A stretch of DNA of 24,180 bases from Chiloscyllium plagiosum. Taxonomy: Eukaryota. Made by a program: the position numbers and the translations under genes. The notes beneath the pieces were generated by a model, which did no database searches, was not told the DNA's origin, and saw only the letters and a list, made by a program, of their open reading frames with translations. The stretch covers positions 35,913,345 to 35,937,524 of the forward strand of contig NC_057720.1 of NCBI RefSeq assembly GCF_004010195.1, in the 5' to 3' direction. Of this stretch, positions 1 through 10,025 are shown piece after piece. Position 1 is the stretch's first letter; each line of letters starts with the position of its first letter.

Positions 1-29
1 CAATGGCATTATTATCACTGCTTGACAAT

Positions 30-248
30 CAATGGCATTATCATTACTGAATCCCCCTCTATCAACATCCTGGGCGATATATTTAATCATGAATACTATG
101 GTTGCAAGATCAGGTCATAGGGTAGGAATTCAAGTGTTCAAGAAGACAGCTTCTCACCTCCACCTTCTCCAGACGTCTTAGGAATGGATAATAAATGCTG
201 ATAGCATCGGCATTGCCTTAATGTTGTAAACAAATTTAAAAAAAAAAA
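30..248 (+). mobile_element. Degenerate, internally deleted LINE 3' end with poly-A tail
   Basis: Segments atcaacatcctggg, gttcaagaagacagcttctcacctccaccttctc and aataaatgctg, followed by an A-run, resemble the 3' end of a common shark LINE whose tail is shared with Deu-domain SINEs. Confidence 0.55.
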
Positions 249-451
249 GGCTGCATAGCACAGACAAAAATAAGAAAGAATCTTGCTAAGGACTGAAGAG
301 AGTTTAGAAAGTAATGTAAAAAGGATTATGTATTACTCATATAACACAATGTTGCAACTTGAATTTCCTGGATTTTTCATTTTGAACTGTACATCACTGC
401 CAATGTAGTTGTTCAAAAAGCTTTGTGTTGCTGTTTATTTTGTTCAGTAAC

Positions 452-822
452 GCTGGAGACATGGTGCAGAGTGGAACTGTTTGTTGGACTGGGGTCCGGC
501 ACGGGCGACCAGTGGCTTGCTGAGCCGGTCAGACCACCTGTGGAAGCCTCTGCTCTGATCTACTGCAATGTAATGCTTATCTGTAATCTGTTTCTTTGAC
601 TGCAATGTTTACCCTTCAACTGTGTCTTATTTCTAACTTTATACTATGAATCACTGTAAAGTGATGCAATTTTTTTCTTCTTTGTTCCTCTTTTGTACTT
701 AAGATTTGTTCCTAGGTACTTTGTTTTTAAGATGGCGCCATGACAGGCGACATTGTAAACTTTTCACTCTATTCCTGTAAATCTATACTTGAGTACACAT
801 GACAATAAAACTTAATTTTAAT
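452..822 (+). mobile_element. Non-LTR retroposon 3' portion (Rex/Babar-like tail), unclassified
   Basis: GC-richer head followed by a T-rich body. It ends in cttttcactctattcctg...cttgagtacacatgacaataaaa, similar to the ttttcactg...gtacacgtgacaataaa tail of fish and shark retroposons. Confidence 0.45.
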
Positions 823-1186
823 CCTACCAGTTTAGTAATATTTCCTGAACTTGTTAACTTCACTTTTGTGTGGGTCGCAAATCCAGGAGGAATATTTGTC
901 AAGGATCACAAATGGGTATCTTTGTTAATCTTCTAGCTTGGAGTAAGAGAGGAAGAATGGAATACGTTCCCTGAAAAAAAAAATTGTTATCCAAAAATTT
1001 TGTGATGTAAACTAACACATAATCAATAAGCTTTCTAAAGGTCCAGAACAGTTGTCAATTGAATATATAACTTTTTCTTTTGAATGTTTGGAGTAGTTTA
1101 ACATGTTGCCTTCACACTGTTATACAAATCTTCAAGCTACTTCATGGTATCCTAATGTTCTGGTTTTTTGTATTGATTTGTTGCAG

Positions 1187-1481
1187 AAATCCAATGCTGC
1201 AGTTTATCCCTTGGATTAGACGTGCCAATCTTCTTCTTATTTTGCACACAAGTTCTGGATTGGGACGGTCTTCAGTACTTCTGTCTTCTGAGAGAACAAG
1301 TGCAGAATTGGTTTCTAACAGCAAGTGGTACTCAGACGTTCATTCACCTACTCTGTGTGTTGATAATATGGCTTCAGTACAGCAACCACCATCCAGACAA
1401 TCATTCCATCCACAAACTTACCATAATTTTTTGGTTTTGGACTTTGAAGCAACCTGTGATAAACAATTAATAAAGCCTCAG
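1187..1481 (+). CDS. ERI3: ERI3 coding exon (N-terminal region plus ExoI motif of the DEDDh nuclease)
   Basis: Acceptor ttgcag ends at 1186 and the donor is CAG|gtattt at 1482. The translation ends ...SFHPQTYHNFLVLDFEATCDKQLIKPQ, matching vertebrate ERI3 (FPPQRYHYFLVLDFEATCDKPQIHPQ). In-frame ATGs lie at 1194 and 1368. The 5' boundary is less certain than the 3'. Confidence 0.9.
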
Positions 1482-1625
1482 GTATTTTTTCTGGTCATAC
1501 TTCTAGAAATTATTTTACTAATTCAAAAATATTTATATGGTGGGTATTTATAAGTGTCTGTATCAGCCAAATATTAACTTAATTGTCCCCAAACATCATA
1601 TTGATTCAGGATTATGAATATAAGA

Positions 1626-1800
1626 ATAAAACAAAGGACTGCAGATGCTGGAAATCTGAAACAAAACACAGTGCTGGAGAAACTCAGCAGGACTGGCAGC
1701 AGCTGTAGAGAGAAAAACCAAGTTTACATTTGGAATTCAGTGACTTTTCACCAGTTCTGAATATTTCTGCTGAGTTTCTCCAGCACTTTTTTTAGTTTCT
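1626..1800. mobile_element. Fold-back miniature element derived from a Penelope-like pLTR
   Basis: Perfect 21-bp inverted repeat: agtgctggagaaactcagcag (1670-1690) and ctgctgagtttctccagcact (1767-1787). The same family recurs near 8368, 9580 and 9877. Confidence 0.75.
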
Positions 1801-1927
1801 GAATCCAGAAAAGTTGGTTTAGATTTATATGCCCAATTTGCAGAAATGCAACGTTACAATCCTTGAAGTCAAATAAAGATGTACTTGATGGAGCAATGAT
1901 CTGCTTCTAGACGCCTTCTGTAAATAT

Positions 1928-2093
1928 GATTTGGAGGTGCTAGTGTTGGACTGGGGTGGACAAATTAAAGATCACAACGCCAGATTATAGTCCAACAGAT
2001 TTATTTGGAATCGCTAGCTTTCGAAGTGCTGCTTCAGAAGCAGAAATTCAAAAGCTGATGATTCCAAACAAACCTGTGTGATTTTTAACTTAA
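1928..2093. mobile_element. Fold-back Penelope-derived miniature element with a 12-bp target site duplication
   Basis: Imperfect inverted arms at 1995-2025 and 2047-2077. Flanked by the direct repeat ttctgtaaatat at 1916-1927 and 2094-2105. A cgaaagctag hammerhead remnant lies on the - strand. Confidence 0.75.
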
Positions 2094-2640
2094 TTCTGTA
2101 AATATATCATTTTAATATTTAATTGCAATAGTGACATCTATTGGCCGTTGATCAAAACTGCACTTGCCTTTATATTGTATAGTTTTTCAAAATTAGATCA
2201 GTTTTGGTTTGCCTGATAAAATATTATCTGGCTACTGTGTACTTGAATTAAGTTAAGTCTAGCACTAGCAAAGGGTGTCTTGTGCGACCTGAACCATGAC
2301 AAACCATAACATCAAACATAGCTGAGAGCTGCCGTTAATCCATTTACTGCTTGAGATTGACCACTCCCTTGCTGAAATATTATTTTCACAGAGAATTTTG
2401 AAAATATTCATTTTCCATTGTAGGCCATACCTGTTGGTTCTACCTTTCTGGACAAAGTGAAACAACTTGTAGTCCATGTTAACTGGTCCATTTTCATATC
2501 TTCAAAAAGCAATCCTATCACCTTTTATGTTTACAAGTGAAAACATAATCAATTCAATATTCCTAGTCCATACATGCCAAAGTTAATACTTGTACCCATA
2601 CTACTGCTCTGTGATATTTGCTATCTCAGAACTGATTAAC

Positions 2641-3268
2641 TAGTATTGCAGAACAGAAGGGCCTAGGGGTTCAGGTACATAATTCTTTGAAGTTGCATTA
2701 CATATAGATAGGGTAGTTAAAAAAGATGCTTAACATGTTTGCCTTCATTGCTCAATCCTTTTGAGTATTGGAGATGGGAAGTCGTGGTGAGGTTGTATGG
2801 GACATCGGTGAGGCCTCTTCTGCAATACTGTGTCCAGTTCTGGTACTCTGGTGTAGGAAAGATACTTCAAGCGAGAGAAGAGATTTCCCAGGATGATGCT
2901 GGTTCTGGAAGGTTTGAGTTATAACGAAAAGTTGGAACTTTTTTTATTGGTATGTGAGAGGTTGAGAGGTGGCCCTACAGAGTTAATAAAATCATGAGAG
3001 ATATAGATAAGGTTAATGGTCGGTGTCTTTTCCCTAGGATGGGGGATTTCAAGACTAGGGGACATATTTTTAAGGTGAGAGGAGAGAGATTTAAAAAAGA
3101 CATGAGGGGCAGATATTGTTTGTGTGTGGAATGAACTTCGTGCGAAAGTGGTGAGTGTGGGCACAGTTTCAACATTTAAAATACACTTGGATATTTATAT
3201 GAAAAGGAAAGGTTTGGAAGGACATAGGCCAGAAGCAGGCAGGTGGGACTACTTTAATTTGGAATAAA
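2641..3268 (+). mobile_element. CR1 LINE, 5'-truncated ORF2 C-terminus and 3' UTR, decayed
   Basis: Translation FEYWRWEVVVRLYGTSVRPLLQYCVQFW matches the CR1 ORF2 motif LYRTLVRPHLEYCVQFW. It is frameshifted and homologous to the copies at 15516 and 21987. Confidence 0.9.
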
Positions 3269-3272
3269 GGCA

Positions 3273-3868
3273 CAAGTGAGGACTGCCCATGCTGGAGATT
3301 AGAGTCGAGAGTGTGCTGCTGGAAACGTACAGCAGGTCAGGCAGCATCCAAGGAGCAGGAAAATTGACATTTCGGGCAAACCACCCTCATCAGGAATGAG
3401 GTTGGGAGCCTCTGGGGTAGAGAAATAAATGGGAGGGGTGGGGTGTCTGGGACTGGGGGGGAAGGTAGCCAAGAGTGCAACAGCTGGATGGAGGTGGGGG
3501 TAATGGTGATAGATTGGAGCGGAGGGTAGAATGGATAGATGGGAAGGAACATGGACAGGTCATGAGGGCGTTGCTTATCTGGAAGGTTGGAACTGGGATA
3601 AGGCGGGGAGAGGGGAAATGGGAAAACTGGAGAAATCCGCATTGATGCCATGGGGTTGGAGAGTCCTGAGGTGGAAGATGAGGCATTCTTCCTCCAGCTG
3701 TCAGGTGGTAAGGGAGTGGCAGTGAAGGAGGCCCAGGACCTGCATGTTCAAGGTGGAGTGGGGAGGGGGAGTTAGTGTTCAGCCATGGTTTGGTCAGTGC
3801 GGGTGTCCTGGAGATGTTTTTTGAAGCGCCCTGCAAGTAGACGTCCTGTCTTCCTAATGTAGAGGACC
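3273..3868 (-). mobile_element. Penelope-like element 3' end (GIY-YIG endonuclease C-terminus plus pLTR)
   Basis: Minus-strand translation gives VLYIRKTGRLLAGRFKKHLQDTRT...MQVLGLLHCHSLTT*QLEEECLIFHLRTLQPHGINADFSSF, a decayed YIG motif and PLE C-terminus. It is followed by a pyrimidine-rich 3' UTR and a hammerhead motif. Confidence 0.88.
3362..3397 (-). ncRNA. Minimal hammerhead ribozyme motif in a PLE pLTR (core intact, stems I and III decayed)
   Basis: Minus strand reads AUUC-CUGAUGA-GGGUG GUU UGCCC-GAAA-UGUC-AAUU: conserved CUGAnGA and GAAA cores, a paired stem II and a GUC cleavage triplet. Confidence 0.7.
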
Positions 3869-6800
3869 AAAGGGTCTGCTTTTGTGATTGGGAATTGAAG
3901 TTATTAAAGTTGAAATTGAAAAGAAGTATACCCAAGGGGAATCTAGAAATCCTTAGTAAACTGGATTCATGAACATGGTTAATTAATCTGGCATGCATTT
4001 AGTTTACATTTGTTGCATTAAAAAAGTCTTTAAAAAGGCACATCATGTGCAGTTTGTGTTCCTATTTACATATTGCAAGTGACAATCAGCATGCCAGCAC
4101 CTTGTAGTTTACAACATTTACCATCAGCAAGGTTACATTTGCAAAGATCTGCCATCTCTGAAAGGCCATTTTGAGTCCAGTATGCCCAGAAAAGTTGATT
4201 TTAATGGTGCGTTCCACAGTCTATTAAGTATAACTTCAGCATTTCTTTTAAAACAGATGAATTCAAAGGGATTCAGGTGTTTTGCTAAAGTTGCTGAAAA
4301 ATAACTTGGTTAATCAGTTCCCTTTTGGTTTCTCAAGATTCTTCTGCATGAAATGTGAATGGGAGAGTTAATGTCACATACCTCTGAACAGACCAGAATG
4401 AATTGTAAAACAACAGCCACAAAGACAACTCTGGTTTTAATATTTTTTTTGGCGCAAGCAAGTACTTAGCCTCCAATTTGCATATTCCCACAACATTGCT
4501 GCTAAAATGAGAACTTCATACAGTATGGCGAGAGGGGAATGAAATTTGTCTTCCAACACTTTGTAGACTGGAGGTTGCAGCACGTCATGCCAACTCCCCA
4601 TATGAGCCAATTTCGTCAGGTTTTAATGTACATGGAATGCATAGATAGAAATAATATTTATTTAATTCTGATGCAGAATATTTGATTTTTGTCATCTCCA
4701 ATATGGAATGGAACAATGACCATACACAATTATGTGCCATCCTATTATAGAAAGGCTCGGGCGTAAACATTTTATGTAAGAGAAAAGTTACTTAATGCCA
4801 TTTCTAACTGCCACTTTTAGCTTAAGTTGTTGACTGTAAAATCATTTTTTAATAAAACAAATTTTATTCATAACGTAATTAATGTCAGCAGTCTGATGCT
4901 ATGCAGATAGTGTTTACCAACCCAAAGTTTTACTTATCGCTGTATGTTGTGAAATCCTCATTTGAATTTAATCTTGCATCTGTTATGTTATTGTAAGACA
5001 ATTCATTCTTTACTGTACCCCTCTTAACTGAATTCTAAAGGAAAAGAATAAAGTATCACATCATTTCCAAGGTGAGCACTTCTCCTCTAATTGCCTTGAA
5101 TCCCTTTAGACATCACAGACCTGGACATAAGGCATCAAGACTCATCTGTCAAAGTGTAAATCAGCAATTAAAACACAAACACCAAAATGTCAAAGATGAC
5201 CTAAAGCACAACAGGGTTGACAAACAAGTCTGGACAAATCAGTGGATAATTTATAAGCATTGCACTAAAATCTAATTATTTGGCAATTCTTATTTGCAGT
5301 TAGCTTGAACTGTGCAATAAATTTATCATGCCATAAATTATTTAGAAACGGCTATTGTGTAAATCAAAACAGAAGTATATATTGAAAAACAAGTTCCTGT
5401 ATGCCCATTTTACTCGTTTTGCAATTTGTTATCCAGATGGTGGTGAGAACTATATTGTATTGCTTCTTTAAAATATATTTCCCTATAAAGCTTATATGTT
5501 ACTGCCATCAGATTCACAATGTCAGCCAGATCAACTGAGAGTATTTTTCAGGGTCCCTTTTCTACCTTAATATTACTAACCAGACAATTGCAAGCAGTCT
5601 TTAATTGTTTTACGTGAGTTGTAAGGTATATTGTATCTGGCAGTGTGATTACTGAGACTGATGTATCTAGCCTAATCACAATTGATACACGAAAGAAAGC
5701 CAAATTTTCATAAGATACTTAAATAATTGACAGATGAAAAGGTTGAAATTGCTATATTCTGCACAGAACAATGCCTGCTGGTGTGTTTTTCAAAACAATG
5801 TAATTTAAGGGTTGAAAAGTTATTAATACGCTACTTCGATTTAATTGCAATGACTTAAAACATAACTCAACATTTCCACATATGCTGCAGCCTTGTCATC
5901 CCCTTATTGTTTTATTGTGTATGAAGAAAAACTACTGGAAAGCTGATAACTCAGTATATACTTTTTAAGAACCGGTGTAAATCTGTTAATTGCTTATAAA
6001 TAAATTATTGTGTTATTACAATAACAATGGGAAAGAGATGATGATTACATAACTCAAGTCAGAATTTGTATATACTTGGTTATATTTGCAATTCAAAATC
6101 AAGAATTCTAAACTTCCTATGTTGTATTTAAAATGAAGTGATTATGGGCGAGTTTTAATTAGATTTATGAATGTACAAAATTCATGGAACAGAAAGCCAC
6201 TTCCTCTCAGTGTGATAACTGGAGTGTTATGACTTGACACTTCTTCTTCCATGTCCCCCATATCTTGATGAGTGAAATTATCTTGGATCCTGGAGGAAAT
6301 AACTTCAGTAAAACTGGTAGGCAGTTTCATAATCTGTTTTGCGAGTCATTTTAAATGGCAGATCGTAAATATTAAGATGTCATTACATGTGTTGTTGCAT
6401 TATCATTGACTCAACAGTGTATGGTGGGTGTTGGGAGTGGGAGGTGTCCAATGTACGATCAGTTAAATAGCCACTAGTTATTCAAGCTGGATGAAAATGA
6501 TTCAGAATCCAATATAAAAGGTTCCTGACCATTGATTTCATTCTCAGTATAATGGGTCATTAGATACAGACTGTAGCTCCACCTAACCTGTCTCAATAAT
6601 GTGTCTTAACTCTAACCACAGAAGGTCACCCATACTATACCATTATGATGCTAGTGGGACTGTAAGTTATTGGGGCTTTTATTATGAACATGCCTCTTTT
6701 GGGTATTGCTCTTAAATTCATAACATATACTTGGCCTCATTAGTAAAACTTGATTTTGAACACCGTTCCAGAGCTGAAAGGACTGTTTGCATTTCCATTG

Positions 6801-7373
6801 CATCATATGAACCTGAGCAGATACTATTCTGCAAACAGTATTGAAGTAAATTGCAGTTATTTCTTGATAAATTTGAATTGGTGGAACCTCAATCAATAAT
6901 CTTCCCGTGTGTAGGAGAAGTATTATGTTAACATTGGCGCCAAACCAATCAAATTATAAACGTGATTTAAATGGAAATTGAAATTTGCTTCATTTTAACT
7001 AATAATGGTTGTATCTTGGTGTTAACAATGGTTTTGTTATTTTTAAATTATTTCATCATCTCGTCTTTTTTTTCCATCAATATCTGCATAGCTTCAGACT
7101 TCTGCTTTGAGGTAAAATATCTGTACCAAAATTGTGTTCTTGAGAAATTCGTCTAAGTACGAGAATTTGTTCAGTACTTTTGCAACTTTACTATGTTTTC
7201 ATTATTTTTAGGGATCAAAATAGCATTTTTGTGAATGATTTTTAAAATTCATTTTAGCAGTCTACCTCTCTTTTAAAAAAAATTCCTTTGTGTTGATCTC
7301 TATATGCAGTTGTTTCCAGATATTGATAAAGAACTGTATATTATTAAGGTTTTCATTTCAACTCACTATAAAA

Positions 7374-7487
7374 GGATGTGGTGCAGTGGTAGTGTCCCTG
7401 CCTATGAACTAGGAGACCCAAGTTCAAATCCCACCTGTGCCAGCAGTGCATAATAACCTTTTTGAACAGGTGGCTTTAAAATATATC
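7374..7487 (+). mobile_element. tRNA-derived SINE head
   Basis: Pol III box A TGGTGCAGTGG (7379-7389) and box B GTTCAAATCC (7422-7431). There is no full cloverleaf, and a related copy lies at about 11835. Confidence 0.75.
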
Positions 7488-7749
7488 TAATCCGACTAGT
7501 AACATTTTTGTTTTTAGGATTTCTGTAGAATTAATTTTGCTGTTGATCACTGTCTTGAGGTCCAGAGCAATTAACATTGGATGTGTTCTCTTGTTTGCTC
7601 ATTTGATTATGCCAGCAGCCACTACCTGAAGGCAATGCAGCAACCAGAAATTTGTCTGCAGCTTAATGGCATTATCTATATGAATCCTGAGCTCCAGGGT
7701 CTACGTGTTCTCTAATGCAAGGATCACTTCATGCACACACTTTGCACTG

Positions 7750-8233
7750 GCCAGCCTATTTTGTGTCTTCTATCTCCTATGCAATGATCAATCCATGGTA
7801 CACGATAACAATTTTTAATAATCTTTGTGTTGAATCTGATCAAAAGGTTTTTTATATCGTCAGTATCCATGGATATTTTCCTGCCTATCATATTGGCAAC
7901 TTCCTCAAAAATATTAGCTGATTTTTCAGATATCATGTAACTTTCATAAATCCACATTGTTTCTGTGGATCAGCTGACAATGTTCAAGCATTCAGTCACT
8001 ATCTCTGCAGGTAGATTGTACACACCTGATATTTACCTGACCGGTCTGTCATTTCCTGATTTCTCCATCCCTTGATTTTTAAATAAAAAAAGTGACATTT
8101 GTCATGTTCAAATCCAACATGACAGTTCCAGAATCTGGAAAGCTGAGGAAAATTATGATTGTTGTTCCTGTAGTTTCCTCACTGATATATTTTAGTAGCC
8201 TATGGCGAACTGAGCAGATCCTGGAAATTTATC
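7750..8233 (-). mobile_element. Ancient CR1 LINE ORF2 (RT N-terminal part), highly decayed
   Basis: Minus-strand pieces DKFPGS, LLKYISEE, IIFLSFPDSGTV, NVT, LFKNQGMEKSGNDRPV and FEEVANMIGRKISMD align by eye to CR1 DKSPGPD..VLKEVAEE..IIFQSSLDSG..ANVTPLFKKG..PGNYRPVSL..FFEEVT. Confidence 0.75.
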
Positions 8234-8367
8234 ATTGTGTGTGTGTGTGTTAGTTTCTCCATGACTTTTTAAAAACATTATATTCACAATGTTCTCATGT
8301 CAAGCATATTCATATTATTTTGAAATATCACATATGCAAAGTGCAAACACTCAACACATTTACTCAC

Positions 8368-8427
8368 ATTTCTCTCTCTAGAAATGCTGTCAGACCTGCA
8401 GAATGCTTCCAACATTTTGCTTTAGGT
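8368..8427 (+). repeat. Short fragment of the PLE-derived repeat family
   Basis: tctctctctagaaatgctgtcagacctgcagaatgcttccaacattttg is a reverse-complement homolog of 9585-9640. Confidence 0.55.
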
Positions 8428-8822
8428 TTCTTTACATTGATCATTGCTTTCTCACAGCATCTAGATTTGGGCATTAAATATAGTTTTGTCAGAATCTCCC
8501 ACCTCCTGAGAATACATATTTTGAGAACAAGCAACTTGCATACATGACACAAAAATGTTCTGAATCCATGTTTGACATAAAGTTTCTAATTGGTGGGCAG
8601 TCTTAAAAATGGGGAAAAAAAAGCTAAAGCTAACTCAGCAAAAATATTTTAGATGCAGGATTTCTTTCTTTTCAAAGGATGTAATTATCAAAAATTTATC
8701 AGTGCAGGTAATATCTAGGAAAATGAACTGAAAAGAAATTGTGACCTTAAGCATACGTGTGTAGAAGAAATTAACTTTTTTTGTTTACTTTGTCATTTTT
8801 TCTATCCCTAACCCTCCCCCAG

Positions 8823-8939
8823 GAAATAATAGAATTCCCAATCCTTAAACTACATGGAAGGACACTGGAAATTGAAGCTGTGTTTCATACGTATGTTCAA
8901 CCAGTTGTACATTCAGAATTGACACCTTTTTGTACAGAG
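8823..8939 (+). CDS. ERI3: ERI3 coding exon, 117 nt, phase 0-0
   Basis: Polypyrimidine tract plus cag at 8820-8822 and donor GAG|gtaagg. Encodes EIIEFPILKLHGRTLEIEAVFHTYVQPVVHSELTPFCTE. Confidence 0.97.
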
Positions 8940-9579
8940 GTAAGGGTTTCACAAAATAATCAGGACCCATTTTTTTTCACCTTGCACACAGTCTATGGTA
9001 CAAAAATATCATCTGAAAATATGTTTTATAAAATTCTTTATATTTAATATATGACTTTATTTGTCAAACATTTCATATGTGACCATTATTGAATACAATG
9101 TTTAATTTGAGGCGGAGGAGTTCAATATTTTGCACATTACTTTAAGTGAAATGTTCAAAGTGCAAGCTTGCTGCTGAGAAACTGCTTGAGTATACCATGT
9201 ATCTTCGGGCTGTTTGCTGAGATAATCTAAACAATCTTAGATGTTGGTTTAGTGATCTTTGGTCATGATGTGTTAATTGCTGCAGTGTCCCTTGGTTTTG
9301 GAATAAAATAAGTTTAGTTCACCTTGCAGGCTTTTGCTTTAACTGTTTGAGCAGTTAATTTGTGTGAATCAATTGAACTTCTTCCCTCTGGAGGCTGTCA
9401 TTTAGTTGATAAATAATTATGTAGGAGAATTGATACAGGGACCTCCAAAGAGGTTCACTAGAAATGCACAATCCTGCAATCTACAAGATTTATCAAATTT
9501 TTTCATCCAACATCATATTTAAAAATATGAATGCAGACTGTTTCTCATTGAATACCATGCACATATAGGTAGTTAGAAG

Positions 9580-9680
9580 TAAAAACAGAAAATACTGGAG
9601 AAACTCAGCAGGTCTAGCAGCATCTGCAGAGCGAGAAACAGAGTTAATATTTCAAGTCCAACATGATTTCTTCCGAACCC
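9580..9680 (-). repeat. PLE pLTR-derived fragment with a degraded hammerhead
   Basis: aaaaacagaaaatactggagaaactcagcaggtctagcagcatctgcagag belongs to the same family as 1660-1720. The minus strand reads GUU-CGGAAGA...UGAAAUAUU-AAC, a mutated core. Confidence 0.7.
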
Positions 9681-9876
9681 TAAACTCAGTACATATTTTA
9701 GTAAAGCTAGTTAGAAGATTATATCTTAATTTTAAGGTAAAGTTTCCTCCAATGGGTGCAATCTAGATGAGCAGGGGCTTCATTCTTGCCAATTAAATCT
9801 TGAAACAACATAAAAGGTTGTGCATTTGTGGCTTTGACTAATATTGTCCGATTTATTTACACTGGAATCTGTGCAC

Positions 9877-10025
9877 AAAAACAGAAGCAATCCCAGAGAA
9901 TACGGGAGAAACTCAGCCCTGGCAATATCTCTATGGAGAGAGAAACAGAGTTAACATTTCCAGTCCGGTATGACTTCTTCAGAACTGAGTTCTGATTGAA
10001 TTGTGTTCTGAGGGAAAGTCATACA
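9877..10025 (-). repeat. PLE pLTR-derived fragment with a hammerhead motif (9949-9986) and a short truncated inverted arm
   Basis: The minus strand reads AGUU-CUGAAGA-AGUC AUACCG GACU-G-GAAA-UGUU-AACU. On the + strand it is followed by gttctgagggaaagtcatac, the start of the opposite arm. Confidence 0.7.

Noticed and set aside
1..50. Imperfect 20-bp direct repeat with 29-bp period, considered as an array
   Set aside because: There are only two copies, at the edge of a LINE fragment. Nothing CRISPR-like is present in this eukaryotic intron.
1080..1553. 157-aa ORF as a complete single-exon gene
   Set aside because: Only 1187-1481 is exon. The ends are intronic read-through past the AG and GT splice sites.
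3390..3998. 202-aa proline-rich ORF
   Set aside because: It is an off-frame reading of a decayed Penelope 3' end and its C-rich UTR.
7374..7440. Possible tRNA gene
   Set aside because: Boxes A and B are present, but there is no convincing cloverleaf, and it continues into a body shared with the 11833 copy. This fits a SINE.
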